Of a DNA stretch of 64,000 bases, positions 1 to 9,712 are shown piece by piece. A model generated the notes under the pieces. That model ran no database searches, had not been told where the DNA came from, and was given only the letters and a program-made list of their open reading frames with translations. The stretch spans positions 146,224 through 210,223 of the forward strand of contig OY762445.1 of the NCBI GenBank assembly GCA_963665755.1, read 5' to 3'. The translations under genes were made by a program, and so were the position numbers. Numbering within the stretch: the stretch's first letter is position 1; every line of letters begins with the position of its first letter. The DNA is from a bacterium. GTDB lineage: Bacteria > JAAXHH01.

Positions 1-396
1 AGGATGGCCGACCCCTTTGCTGCGCTGACGGTCAACGTCATGGGCGAGGGCCAGAACCACGGCTGGCATTTCGACGAGGCCGAGGCTACAACCACCCTGA
101 TGGTACAGGCGCCCGAAGATGGCGGCGTCTTCGAGTACGCACCGAACGTCCGTCCGGAGGAAGATGGCGCATACGATACCGTGGACCGGGTGCTTCGCGG
201 CAGCTATCCGGACATACGTACGCTCGCCGTGAAACCCGGTACGCTGATCCTCTTCGTCGGCTACCATTCCATGCACCAGGTGACACCGGTCAAGGGCCCG
301 GTTACCCGGTATGTCGCCACGTTCTGCTACAAGGACCGGCCCAATGTCTGCAACAGCCCCGAGGTACAGAAGCTGTTTTACGGGCGAACGGCATGA
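1..396 (+). CDS. 2OG-Fe(II) dioxygenase family protein, C-terminal fragment (gene starts upstream of window)
   Basis: ORF 4-396 open to the window edge. Iron-binding pattern H-x-D (GWHFDE) plus a distal His (YHSMHQV) in a beta-rich segment. Resemblance to PF10014-type (IDO/ArpA-like) hydroxylases is from memory only. Confidence 0.45.
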   Translation, partial: RMADPFAALTVNVMGEGQNHGWHFDEAEATTTLMVQAPEDGGVFEYAPNVRPEEDGAYDTVDRVLRGSYPDIRTLAVKPGTLILFVGYHSMHQVTPVKGPVTRYVATFCYKDRPNVCNSPEVQKLFYGRTA

Positions 397-405
397 CGAA
401 GGGAG

Positions 406-1734
406 ATGAGCAGAAGAAAGTCGTTTTTGGAGATTGCTCAAGGACCAGGAGGTGGACCATTGCACGCAGTGATCATTGGGAACGGCGTAACAGGGGTAAC
501 AGCCGCCACGCGGCTCAGACAGCTTCAGCCCGACTGGAAGGTCTCGCTGGTTTCGGGTGAATCGGCCTTCCACTATTCCCGCCCCGCCCTCATGTACATC
601 TTCATGGGGCACATGACCTACGAGGCGACGAAACCCTTCGAGGACAGTTTCTGGCGAGACCAGCGGCTGGACCTGGTCCGAGACTGGGTCACCGCTATCG
701 ATATCGATGACAGGCAACTGGTACTTCACCGGAACGGTCGCCTGCCCTACGACCGTCTGCTGATCGCCACCGGCGCCAAGTCGAACAAGTTCGGATGGCC
801 GGGTCAGGACCTCGATGGCGTCCAGGGCCTGTACAACCTGAAAGACCTGCATCAATTGTATAAGAATGCAGAACGGACCAGCAACGCGGTCATCGTCGGC
901 GGCGGGCTGATCGGCCTCGAACTCGCCGAGATGCTGCATTCGAGGCATATCCACGTCACGTTTCTCATACGCGAGCCTTCCTACTGGTGCAACATCCTGC
1001 CCATGGAAGAATCGGGTATGCTGAACCGATTGATAGAGGAGCAGGGCATCGGCCTGATCAAGGAGACCAACCTGAAGGAAATAGTGGACGACGGCACAGG
1101 AAAGGTCGAAGCGGTCATTACCGAGTTCGACGACCGGATCGATTGCCAACTGGTCGGCCTGACGCCAGGTGTTTCGCCCAACACGGACCTGATCAAGTCG
1201 ACGCCTATCGAAACAGGTCGGGGCGTCCTGGTCGACAACTCCTTTCGAACGAACATACCCGACATCTACGCGGCAGGGGACTGCGCGGAAATCGTCAGCC
1301 GCAACGGGGGACGCAATCTGATCCAGCAGGTCTGGTACACAGGCAAAAAGCAGGGCAAGGTCGCCGGCGAGGTGCTGGCCGGACAGGATACGGAGTACGA
1401 CCCCGGGATCTGGTACAATTCGGCCAAGTTCTTCGATCTGGAGTACCAGACCTATGGCATGATTCTGAATACGCCCCAGCCCGGAGAGCGCCACCTTTTC
1501 TGGGAACATCCATCCCATCGCCACGCCGTCCGCGTAGTCGGCGTCGACGGGTGCATCAAGGCCTTCAATTTCATGGGTATACGGGCCCGTCACGAAGTAT
1601 GTGAGCGGTGGATTGCCGAGCGGCGTACCGTGGAGTACGTCCTGGACCACCTGGAAGAAGCCAACTTCGATCCGGAGTTTTTCGTCCGCCACGAGTCGGA
1701 GATCGTTCGCTCATTAAAGGAGCAACTCGCATGA
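406..1734 (+). CDS. FAD/NAD(P)-binding pyridine nucleotide-disulfide family oxidoreductase (ferredoxin/rubredoxin-reductase-like)
   Basis: AAGGGAG SD 5-6 nt upstream of ATG. Two Rossmann motifs (VIIGNGVTGV; VIVGGGLIGLELA). AAGDCA FAD-motif. 10-bp gap to the upstream oxygenase gene. Confidence 0.8.
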   Translation: MSRRKSFLEIAQGPGGGPLHAVIIGNGVTGVTAATRLRQLQPDWKVSLVSGESAFHYSRPALMYIFMGHMTYEATKPFEDSFWRDQRLDLVRDWVTAIDIDDRQLVLHRNGRLPYDRLLIATGAKSNKFGWPGQDLDGVQGLYNLKDLHQLYKNAERTSNAVIVGGGLIGLELAEMLHSRHIHVTFLIREPSYWCNILPMEESGMLNRLIEEQGIGLIKETNLKEIVDDGTGKVEAVITEFDDRIDCQLVGLTPGVSPNTDLIKSTPIETGRGVLVDNSFRTNIPDIYAAGDCAEIVSRNGGRNLIQQVWYTGKKQGKVAGEVLAGQDTEYDPGIWYNSAKFFDLEYQTYGMILNTPQPGERHLFWEHPSHRHAVRVVGVDGCIKAFNFMGIRARHEVCERWIAERRTVEYVLDHLEEANFDPEFFVRHESEIVRSLKEQLA

Positions 1735-3185
1735 GTACATCGCCCGCTGTACCGACGTTGATCGATCCGGAAACCATCTCGTACTTCTACGACGAGGAAG
1801 CCGAAGGGTTCGGCGAGCCCGAGTCCGCGGCGGAGGCGCCCAGGAACCCGGGCATGATGGTTTCCGCCGGCGTGATCGGGCTGGGTTTCCTCGCGCTCGT
1901 CGTATCCCTGCTCGGTATGCCGCTCTCCGGCGCCTGGACGCCCTTCCTGCTGTCCTTCGGCCTGCTGTCTGTCGGAACCATCGGTTACGTCTGGTTCACG
2001 TACAAGGACACGGTGCCCGGCATCAAGCACGACGGCATCATGTTCGGAAACACGACACACCGCGGCGCCATCGCCTGGGCGCTGGGTATCGCGCTCACCG
2101 GGTTCTACGTCGTACTGTACTGGTGGCCCGAATACCTGTCCCGTGCCATCGCGCTCGTTGAGCCGCTGTCCCAGGTCCTGGCGGGGCAGCCGGCGAACCA
2201 GTGGTTCCTATACGGGTTTCTCTACACGATGGCCGTGGTGCTCTTCGGATTCCGCATGTTCATGCGGTACCGCCACAACCGCTATCACATCATCCGAACG
2301 ATTTCGGTCATGTTCTTTCAACTGGTCCTGGCCTTCGTCCTTCCCCAGTTCCTCCGCGCGCTGAACGAACCGGAGTTCTACTTCAGCTACTTCTGGCCCC
2401 TGAAGTACGATTACCTGTTCCCCGGCACCGTGGATTACCTGGTCAACAGCCCGGGCGCCCTGGGTTCGTTCATGGTGTTCTGGGGGGTGGCCTGCACGTT
2501 TATCGCCACGCCCGTGCTGACCTATTTCTACGGCAAGCGGTGGTACTGTTCCTGGGTATGCGGCTGCGGCGGGCTCGCCGAGACCCTCGGCGACCCCTGG
2601 CGGCACCTGACGCCCAAATCGACCGTATCGTGGAAAATCGAACGGGCGATCATTTACGCGGTGCTCCTGCTCATCATCGCAACGACAGCCGTGCTCTGGG
2701 TGAGCAGCACGTCCGAGGGCGCGCTGAGCGCCATTTCCGCTCCGTTGAAACAGTGGTACGGTTTCTACATCGGCGCGGTCTTCGCCGGGGTCATCGGCGT
2801 GGGGTTCTATCCCGTCCTCGGCAACCGGGTCTGGTGCCGCTTCGGGTGCCCGATGGCCGCGGTGCTGGGCATCATCCAGCGCTTCTTCTCCCGGTTCCGA
2901 ATCACGACCAACGGCGGCCAGTGCATGTCCTGCGGTAACTGCACGACCTATTGCGAAATGGGAATCGACGTGCGGGCCTATGCGGAGCGCGGCGAGAATA
3001 TCGTCCGATCTTCCTGCGTGGGATGCGGGGTCTGTTCGGCCGTTTGTCCCCGAGGCGTGCTCAAGCTCGAGAACGGCATGTCCCACGGAGACCGCTACCC
3101 GGGGTCCGACAAACCGCTGAGCGCTTTCTCCGAGGCCGTCAGCAAGGGCGCCAGGGTCTACGGCGACCGCGATGGTTACGTATAG
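1731..3185 (+). CDS. membrane-bound polyferredoxin, NapH/MauN/RdxA-like (4Fe-4S binding)
   Basis: ATGA start/stop overlap with the upstream reductase, and an AAGGAG SD. Multiple TM helices. Two C-x3-C-P loop motifs (WVCGCGGLAE, WCRFGCPMAAV). C-terminal CMSCGNCTTYC and CVGCGVCSAVCP ferredoxin motifs. The ORF-track start at 1608 lies inside the upstream gene and is rejected. Confidence 0.75.
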   Translation: MSTSPAVPTLIDPETISYFYDEEAEGFGEPESAAEAPRNPGMMVSAGVIGLGFLALVVSLLGMPLSGAWTPFLLSFGLLSVGTIGYVWFTYKDTVPGIKHDGIMFGNTTHRGAIAWALGIALTGFYVVLYWWPEYLSRAIALVEPLSQVLAGQPANQWFLYGFLYTMAVVLFGFRMFMRYRHNRYHIIRTISVMFFQLVLAFVLPQFLRALNEPEFYFSYFWPLKYDYLFPGTVDYLVNSPGALGSFMVFWGVACTFIATPVLTYFYGKRWYCSWVCGCGGLAETLGDPWRHLTPKSTVSWKIERAIIYAVLLLIIATTAVLWVSSTSEGALSAISAPLKQWYGFYIGAVFAGVIGVGFYPVLGNRVWCRFGCPMAAVLGIIQRFFSRFRITTNGGQCMSCGNCTTYCEMGIDVRAYAERGENIVRSSCVGCGVCSAVCPRGVLKLENGMSHGDRYPGSDKPLSAFSEAVSKGARVYGDRDGYV

Positions 3186-3217
3186 TGGCCTTGCAGTACA
3201 GGGCGCCTGTACTACCA

Positions 3218-4123
3218 CTACCTGACCAGGAAAATAACCACCGCGACCGTGACGATGCTGCAGATGGTGGACAGGAACACGGCGTTGGCCGCAAAATCCT
3301 CCCGGCTGCCGAATTCCATCGCGATCAGCACGGTATTGATCGCGGTTGGATAACTGGTGGATACAACCAGGACCGGGGCGATCCTGGGATCGATGTCCAA
3401 CAGGAGCACGAGGCCGTAGCCGATCAGGGGAGAGACCAGCAGACGGCAGACCAGGGACGCCAGGCTGGCTTTCCACTCCAGGGTGATGGGAGTCCGGGCC
3501 AGCTGCATGCCCAGGGTGACCAGTGCCATGGGGACGAGCGCTTCGGCCAGGTACTCGATCGGAAGCCAGATAAAGCCCGGGAGTTGCAGGCCGTAGTTCC
3601 GGATCGCGAAGGCCAGGATCAGCGCATAGACGAAGGGCATCTTGAAGGACTGCAGGAAGGCTTTCCGGGCGGACAGGCGTCCAATCGAAACGAAGAACAG
3701 CCCCAGGGTGAAAACGAGAAAGTTCTGGACGGCCAGGACGATGGACTGGACGGCCAGGCCCAGGGAGGGAAAAGCCAGTTCGCTGGCCGGAAAGCCGTAA
3801 TTCCCGCTGTTGTAATACATGACGGACAGGCTGAAGGCCTGTTTCATGTCATTCCGGTACCGCATGACCAGGGATCCGATCACACTGAGCACGTAAAGCG
3901 CGACCAGCATGAGCAGACAGAATACGGCGGTGTCCCATACGAATTCGGAGGAGAGCTCAGACTGGGTGAGGGATACGACGAGCGTAGCGGGCATGACCAG
4001 GTACAGCAGTATCCGCGTCAGGGCCTGCAGGTCGAACCGCCATTTTTTCTGGAACAGGTACCCGAGCGAAATGAGCACGAAAATCGGGGCGATGATGTCG
4101 ATCAGGATGTTCAGGAATGGCAT
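3218..4123 (-). CDS. AEC (auxin efflux carrier / malate permease-like) family transporter
   Basis: About 300-aa polytopic membrane protein; N-terminal MPFLNILIDIIAPIFVLISLGY pattern typical of the AEC family. Confidence 0.65.
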   Translation of the reverse strand: MPFLNILIDIIAPIFVLISLGYLFQKKWRFDLQALTRILLYLVMPATLVVSLTQSELSSEFVWDTAVFCLLMLVALYVLSVIGSLVMRYRNDMKQAFSLSVMYYNSGNYGFPASELAFPSLGLAVQSIVLAVQNFLVFTLGLFFVSIGRLSARKAFLQSFKMPFVYALILAFAIRNYGLQLPGFIWLPIEYLAEALVPMALVTLGMQLARTPITLEWKASLASLVCRLLVSPLIGYGLVLLLDIDPRIAPVLVVSTSYPTAINTVLIAMEFGSREDFAANAVFLSTICSIVTVAVVIFLVR

Positions 4124-4184
4124 CGGATCGCCAAGGAAGGGGTCAGGACAGGTTGAGGTGGAGAGCTCGCACCGATGTCAGCTT

Positions 4185-4967
4185 TCACGCAAAAGGATCG
4201 AAGCGGCCGTCCGCCGCCGTCCACCCCCCGTCGACGAACATGACGGAACCCGTGGTGTATGAGCTGGCGTCAGAGGCCAGGTAGAGGACGGCCCCCGCAA
4301 TTTCCTCCGGTTTGGCCCATCGCCGGAGCATGGTCTTGTCGGCGTATGCGCCGTACCAGTCCGGCTGCCGTTTGATCTGGGCGGTCAGCGGCGTATCCAC
4401 GACGCCGGGGGCGATGGCGTTGGCCCGCACGCCCTTGTCGGCGAGTTCGGCCGCCAACGCGCGGATCATGAGGACCACGCCGGACTTGGTCGCTGCGTAG
4501 ACGCCCTGTCCGGGCTCCACCACCTGGGACCGGATACTCGAGAAAACGATGATGCTGCCTCTGCCGTTTTCAGACATGGACCGTGCAGTTTCACGTACGA
4601 GGCGGAAGGTTCCCTTCAAGTTGAGATCGACGACCCGGTCGTATTCCTCGTCCGTGTAGTCGAGAAGCTTTTTACGAATGTTGACGCCAGGCGTGCTGAC
4701 GAGGACGTCGGGAGGAGAAATCCGATCAAGCACCTGCTGGATCTTTCCGGTATCCCGCATATCGAGCGCGACCGCTTCGGCCGATTCACCGTGTGCGCGA
4801 ATCTCGTCGGATACGGAGTCCGCCGCCTCCTCCCGCACGTCCGCGCAGACCACGTGTGCGCCGAACTGGGCGAGGCACATGGCCGAGCACCGGCCGATGC
4901 CGCTGCCGGCGCCGACGACCAGCGCGTTTCTGCCCGTCATATCGAAGAGGTTCTTATAGTCGGCCAT
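4185..4967 (-). CDS. SDR family short-chain dehydrogenase/reductase
   Basis: TGxxxGIG cofactor motif (VVGAGSGIGR) and the YxxxK catalytic dyad (YAATK); about 260 aa. Confidence 0.8.
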   Translation of the reverse strand: MADYKNLFDMTGRNALVVGAGSGIGRCSAMCLAQFGAHVVCADVREEAADSVSDEIRAHGESAEAVALDMRDTGKIQQVLDRISPPDVLVSTPGVNIRKKLLDYTDEEYDRVVDLNLKGTFRLVRETARSMSENGRGSIIVFSSIRSQVVEPGQGVYAATKSGVVLMIRALAAELADKGVRANAIAPGVVDTPLTAQIKRQPDWYGAYADKTMLRRWAKPEEIAGAVLYLASDASSYTTGSVMFVDGGWTAADGRFDPFA

Positions 4968-5182
4968 GTAGGGTCTCGGGTTATCGATGATTACGTCCTG
5001 CCGTGCGTCATGTTGGCCGGTCGATCCGGAATCCGGTGGACCAGCGGAACGGCCACTATCTTAGAGTGAGGGTCCGCCCCTGTCAAGAGGTTCGGTCCTG
5101 AACGGGCTGGGCGTATAGTGTCGAATGAAGCAAGTATGCTCCAATGGAACCAGGGGTACGCAACGGCCTGGGGAGGAAGGAA

Positions 5183-6073
5183 ATGACCGGGAAAACGCTC
5201 ATTGTCGCGAATCCGAAATCGGGTAGCGGGCGTGGCGTGACCTACGCGGAGCGGGTACGGGAATCGTTGGCTGCGAACCAGGTGTCCGCCGAAATCCGCC
5301 ACACATCGACCCGGGGCGAGGCGGAGACCATCGCGGCGGAAGCCGTGCGCACCGGGTATTCCTGCGTCGCCGCATGCGGCGGCGACGGGACCGTGCACGA
5401 AGTAGTGAACGCACTGGCTGGAACGGATGTCAACCTCTGCATCCTTCCCTGCGGGCGCGGAAACGATTTCGCCCGGGCGATCGGTATCCCTGCCTCACCC
5501 GAAAAGGCGGCATCCATTCTACTTCAGAGCCATGTCAGGCCCTTCGACCTGGGCAAGGTGAACAACCGGTATTTCGCAACGGTCGTGACGCTGGGATTCG
5601 ATTCGGAGGTGGCCAGGCTGGTCTATGACGGCGAAGTGCCGCTCAAGGGCATGGCAGCCTACCTCTGGGGCCTGGCGCGTATGCTGCGTATTTACCGGGG
5701 CGTGGATCTGCGCATGTCCGGCGATTTCGGCACGATTAATCAAACGGTCCTGCTGGCGGCCACCGGGAACACCAGCACTTACGGCGGCGGGATAAAGATC
5801 GTGCCGAAAGCCAGTCCGACGGACGGGGAACTCGATGTCTGCCTCGTGCGTATGATGAGCCCGAGCCGTGTCCTGCGCATATTTCCAAGGGTCTACTGGG
5901 GCGGCCACCTGAATCACCCCAGCATCTTCTCGTACAGGACGGGTAGTTTGAAAATGGAAACGGAACAGCCGGTTGTGCTGTTCGCCGACGGCGAACCCAT
6001 TGGCGAGACGCCCGCGGAGATCAGGTCCGCGCCCGGCGCGCTGCGGGTAGTGTGCCCGGACCCTGCGGCCTGA
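5183..6073 (+). CDS. diacylglycerol/lipid kinase catalytic-domain family protein (YegS/DagK-like)
   Basis: GGAGGAAGG SD before ATG at 5183. GGDGT motif (ACGGDGTVHEV). DAGK_cat architecture. Confidence 0.75.
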   Translation: MTGKTLIVANPKSGSGRGVTYAERVRESLAANQVSAEIRHTSTRGEAETIAAEAVRTGYSCVAACGGDGTVHEVVNALAGTDVNLCILPCGRGNDFARAIGIPASPEKAASILLQSHVRPFDLGKVNNRYFATVVTLGFDSEVARLVYDGEVPLKGMAAYLWGLARMLRIYRGVDLRMSGDFGTINQTVLLAATGNTSTYGGGIKIVPKASPTDGELDVCLVRMMSPSRVLRIFPRVYWGGHLNHPSIFSYRTGSLKMETEQPVVLFADGEPIGETPAEIRSAPGALRVVCPDPAA

Positions 6074-6096
6074 ACGGCGTACTGGATTCTACTTCG

Positions 6097-7740
6097 TTAT
6101 TTCCGGCTTTTGTATAGCCGTGAATACATGAGGCCGCCCACGGTGCCGTCGGGGTACCTGGTATATCCCTTCAGGTTCGATTTGCGAAGCTGCATCGTGA
6201 GGGGATGGAACACAAAGGCGGCGGCGTAGTCCCCCACGAGAATCTCCTCCGCCTGCCTGTAGAGACTCGTGCGCCTTACCGGGTCCAATTCCGCGCCGGC
6301 GCTTTCCACCAGCGCATCGAATTCAGAATTCGCCCAGTCGTGCCGCCCCGCGCCTTTCGGCTGGGAGTGCCAGGTCATGTCGAGCATGTTGCGGGGATCC
6401 ATGTAATCGGCGACGAACCGCAGAAAACCGAAGTCCATTTCCCAGTTGTACAGTTTGCTCATGTAGGCCGTCCGGTCCAGGGTCCGGATGGAAACTTTAA
6501 CCCCGAGGTGCTCCAGCAGCATGCTCTGAATAGCCACGCCCGCCATCTGCATGGAAGGCGTCGGCGCCCGAATCCACATTTCCTGCCTGGGAAACCCTCT
6601 TCCGTTTGGATAGCCGGCCTCCCGCATCAGCGATTTCGCCCGCTCGAGATCGAAAGCCTGGTACGGTTTCATGGCTTCGCCGTTGTACTCCTTGAAGTCC
6701 GGGGGCATCATGGAATAGGCCGGCGCGGCAGCCCCTCTCAGGACCACCTGGCTGATAGCCTCCCTATTCAGCGCACGTGCAAAGGCCTCCCTTACTCGTA
6801 TGTCATTGAAGGGCGGATCGGACGTGTTGAAGAACAGGTACCAGGTCGTTCTACCGGGTGATCTGACGAGTTCCCGGCTGAGCACCGGGTGCCGTTCGAT
6901 TCGATCCAGGTCGTTGATGTCTACCGTTTCCACGTCCACCTCGTTGTTTTCGTAGGCCAGGACGGTCTGCGCTGCCGCATAGCGGAAGGGATGAATGACC
7001 TTCTCCAGCAAGGGTTTGTGGGGACCGTTGTACATGGGGTCGGGCACGAAGGTCATGTGGCTGCCGGTCGCCCACTCGGCCATCCGGAAGCCGGAATTCG
7101 ACACGATGTTTTCGACTTCGGTCCATCTCCGGCCATGTTTCTCGACGGCCCATCGCGGCGTGGGGTACGCCAGGCCGAAGGACACGACGTGGGGAAAATG
7201 GGGCGCGCCGCGCTCCAGAAGCACCTGCAGCGTGAGATCGTCCACGGCCCTGACGCCCAGTTGAGCCAGATCCTCGATATCTCCGAGACTGATGTCCTTT
7301 GCGTTCATGATGTCATAATAGAAGAAGGCGTAGGGATTGGCGTTGGCGGGATCGAGCATGCGTCTGAAAGCGTAGACGAAATCATGAGCCGTAACGGGCC
7401 TGCCGTCGTTCCAACGCGCGCCGGGACGCAGATGGAACGTCCATTCCCGGGCGTCGTCGGAGACGTCGTAACCGGTGGCGGCGGCCGGGATGGGCTGCCA
7501 CAACTCGTCTCTGATGAGCAGGGTCTCGAAGGGCAGCAGCGTGGACTCGCCGTCGTACAGGTTGATCTGGATGTCGAGGCTGCGCGGTTCGGGACTCATC
7601 ACGTGGAAAACCTGCTGGTCCGGCGGCGCCGCGTCGGCTGGCAAGGCGACACCGACCGAATTGAAGTGCTGACCATGGATAAGACAAGGCGGCGACAGAG
7701 TAGCCGCGGCTAGAAGCAAGACGGAGCGTATCCTGAACAT
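6097..7740 (-). CDS. ABC transporter substrate-binding protein, family 5 (oligopeptide/nickel type), secreted
   Basis: N-terminal signal peptide (MFRIRSVLLLAAATLS). About 547 aa, typical length and composition for SBP_bac_5. Confidence 0.75.
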   Translation of the reverse strand: MFRIRSVLLLAAATLSPPCLIHGQHFNSVGVALPADAAPPDQQVFHVMSPEPRSLDIQINLYDGESTLLPFETLLIRDELWQPIPAAATGYDVSDDAREWTFHLRPGARWNDGRPVTAHDFVYAFRRMLDPANANPYAFFYYDIMNAKDISLGDIEDLAQLGVRAVDDLTLQVLLERGAPHFPHVVSFGLAYPTPRWAVEKHGRRWTEVENIVSNSGFRMAEWATGSHMTFVPDPMYNGPHKPLLEKVIHPFRYAAAQTVLAYENNEVDVETVDINDLDRIERHPVLSRELVRSPGRTTWYLFFNTSDPPFNDIRVREAFARALNREAISQVVLRGAAAPAYSMMPPDFKEYNGEAMKPYQAFDLERAKSLMREAGYPNGRGFPRQEMWIRAPTPSMQMAGVAIQSMLLEHLGVKVSIRTLDRTAYMSKLYNWEMDFGFLRFVADYMDPRNMLDMTWHSQPKGAGRHDWANSEFDALVESAGAELDPVRRTSLYRQAEEILVGDYAAAFVFHPLTMQLRKSNLKGYTRYPDGTVGGLMYSRLYKSRK

Positions 7741-7845
7741 ACTGTTTCCCGGGTTGGTTTGAACTGGACCGTTTGTACCGATGATGAGCGGTCAATATAG
7801 ACCCGCCGGCGAAGGAAGGTCAAGAGATAGTCCATCGTCCTGTAT

Positions 7846-9039
7846 TTGCTTGACATCCTCCATCCCGGCGACTACTTGATTACACTGTTGTCCATCACTC
7901 TACATGCGCTGTTCCCGGTCATGCCCATGATGTCCAAAAACACCTTTACCTTCGACCGCGTAGTCCGGATCGCAATCGCCGCGGCGGTGATCTGGCTGCT
8001 GATTACCTTCATCGCCTACGTGAGCGACATTCTCATACCTTTCGCGGTCGCGCTGCTGCTCGCCTACCTGATTAACCCCCTGACTTCCTGGCTGCAGCGA
8101 AATCTGCCCTTCAAGCACCGGATCGTCTCCGTATTGCTGAGCCTGACGGTTATCCTCGGCGGCGTGGTCCTTTTCCTGGCGATTCTGATTCCCGTGATCG
8201 TGACCGAGGTCGTGCATATGCAAAATCTGCTGACCGGAGTGGTGAACACGGATCAGTGGCAGGCGGCGCTGCAGGACTACGTGCCCGAGGAAATTCGGGT
8301 CTACCTCACGGATCTCGTCGCGTTTGAAGAACTCGTCCAACTGCTGAACTTCGAAAACATCAGGGTTTTCTTCCAGCAGATCCTGCCAGGCATCTGGGGC
8401 GTGTTCTCGGGTACAGTCAGCTTCGTGATCGGGTTGGCGGTCGTGATCATCATATTGCTCTACCTGGTCTTCATTCTCCTTGATTACGACGAGATCACCG
8501 AGGGGTGGAAGGAATTGATCCCCGATCAATACAGGCAGGTGGTGCTGGACGTTGTATCCGACTTCACGACGGCCATGCGGGTCTATTTCCGTGCCCAGGC
8601 CCTCATAGCCTTTATCGTGGGATTGCTTTTCGCCCTGGGTTTCTGGTTGATCGGGCTGCCGATGGGTATTCTGCTGGGCCTTTTTATCGGCCTGCTCAAC
8701 ATGGTGCCCTACCTGCAGGTCGTGGGGCTCATTCCGTCCGTACTGTTTGCGATAGTTGCGTCGCTGGGTGCGGGCGAGAGTATCTGGATCATGCTGGGTC
8801 TCGTGCTTGCCGTGTTTGCCGTCGTGCAGGTAATTCAGGACGCCATACTGGTTCCCCGGATCATGGGAAAGGTGACCGGGTTCAATCCGGCCGTCATCCT
8901 GCTTTCCCTGTCCGTATGGGGCAAGCTGCTGGGCATTCTGGGACTGCTGATCGCGCTTCCGGCGACGTTCCTGATCCATTCGTACTACAAGAGATACCTG
9001 AAAGGCGCACTTACGGCGGAGAAGCCGGTTCAGCCTTGA
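7846..9039 (+). CDS. AI-2E family transporter (PerM/UPF0118-type permease)
   Basis: About 8 TM helices in the typical AI-2E arrangement. Start uncertain (ATG at 7846 or 7924). Confidence 0.7.
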   Translation: MLDILHPGDYLITLLSITLHALFPVMPMMSKNTFTFDRVVRIAIAAAVIWLLITFIAYVSDILIPFAVALLLAYLINPLTSWLQRNLPFKHRIVSVLLSLTVILGGVVLFLAILIPVIVTEVVHMQNLLTGVVNTDQWQAALQDYVPEEIRVYLTDLVAFEELVQLLNFENIRVFFQQILPGIWGVFSGTVSFVIGLAVVIIILLYLVFILLDYDEITEGWKELIPDQYRQVVLDVVSDFTTAMRVYFRAQALIAFIVGLLFALGFWLIGLPMGILLGLFIGLLNMVPYLQVVGLIPSVLFAIVASLGAGESIWIMLGLVLAVFAVVQVIQDAILVPRIMGKVTGFNPAVILLSLSVWGKLLGILGLLIALPATFLIHSYYKRYLKGALTAEKPVQP

Positions 9040-9123
9040 TTGGGCCATGACGACGAAGCGCTGCAACTCCCCGTTCAATAACCGACACATCCTGGGAAAC
9101 AGACTACGAATAAGGAGCAGTAA

Positions 9124-9618
9124 ATGGAAAGAATCTCCTGGGACGAGTATTTCCTTCGCATCGCATATGCCGTTTCGGCGCGTTCGAATTGCATTCGCAG
9201 GCATGTCGGCGCCGTGATCGTGAACGACAAGATCATTACCAGCACGGGCTACAACGGTACCCCCATGGGCATACCCAACTGCTTCGACGGTGGATGCAAA
9301 CGATGCAACTCGGACGGGCCGTCCGGGGCGAACCTCGACGAATGTGTCTGCATGCACGCCGAGGAAAACGCCATCCTTTTCGCCGCGCGCCACGGTTCGT
9401 CCACGAGCGGCGCAACGCTTTACGCCACCAACAAACCCTGCCTGGGCTGTCTTAAAAAGTCCATTCAGGCGGGGATTCGCCGGGTTGTTTATGCGGAGCA
9501 GTACACCTACACGAAATCCATTGAGGAAGTGTATGACTGGCTGGTGGAAGAATCCGGTATCGAGATGGTCGAATTGAAATTGGACGCGAGTCCTGAAGCG
9601 GTCGTGAATACCGCCTGA
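9124..9618 (+). CDS. dCMP deaminase (ComEB-type cytidine/deoxycytidylate deaminase)
   Basis: AAGGAG SD. Zinc motifs HAEENA and PCLGCLK. Confidence 0.8.
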   Translation: MERISWDEYFLRIAYAVSARSNCIRRHVGAVIVNDKIITSTGYNGTPMGIPNCFDGGCKRCNSDGPSGANLDECVCMHAEENAILFAARHGSSTSGATLYATNKPCLGCLKKSIQAGIRRVVYAEQYTYTKSIEEVYDWLVEESGIEMVELKLDASPEAVVNTA

Positions 9619-9712
9619 GGCTGGTGAGATTCTGCTTGACGCATGAATCGGAAGCACGGAAATTACGCGGCGACTCCTCCATCGATTCTGTACCCCTGTT
9701 ACGGGGGGCGTA

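Noticed and set aside
1608-1730. N-terminal extension of the polyferredoxin ORF
   Set aside because: This segment overlaps the 3' end of the FAD-reductase gene in another frame. An ATG at 1731 with an AAGGAG SD and an ATGA overlap is the far more plausible start.
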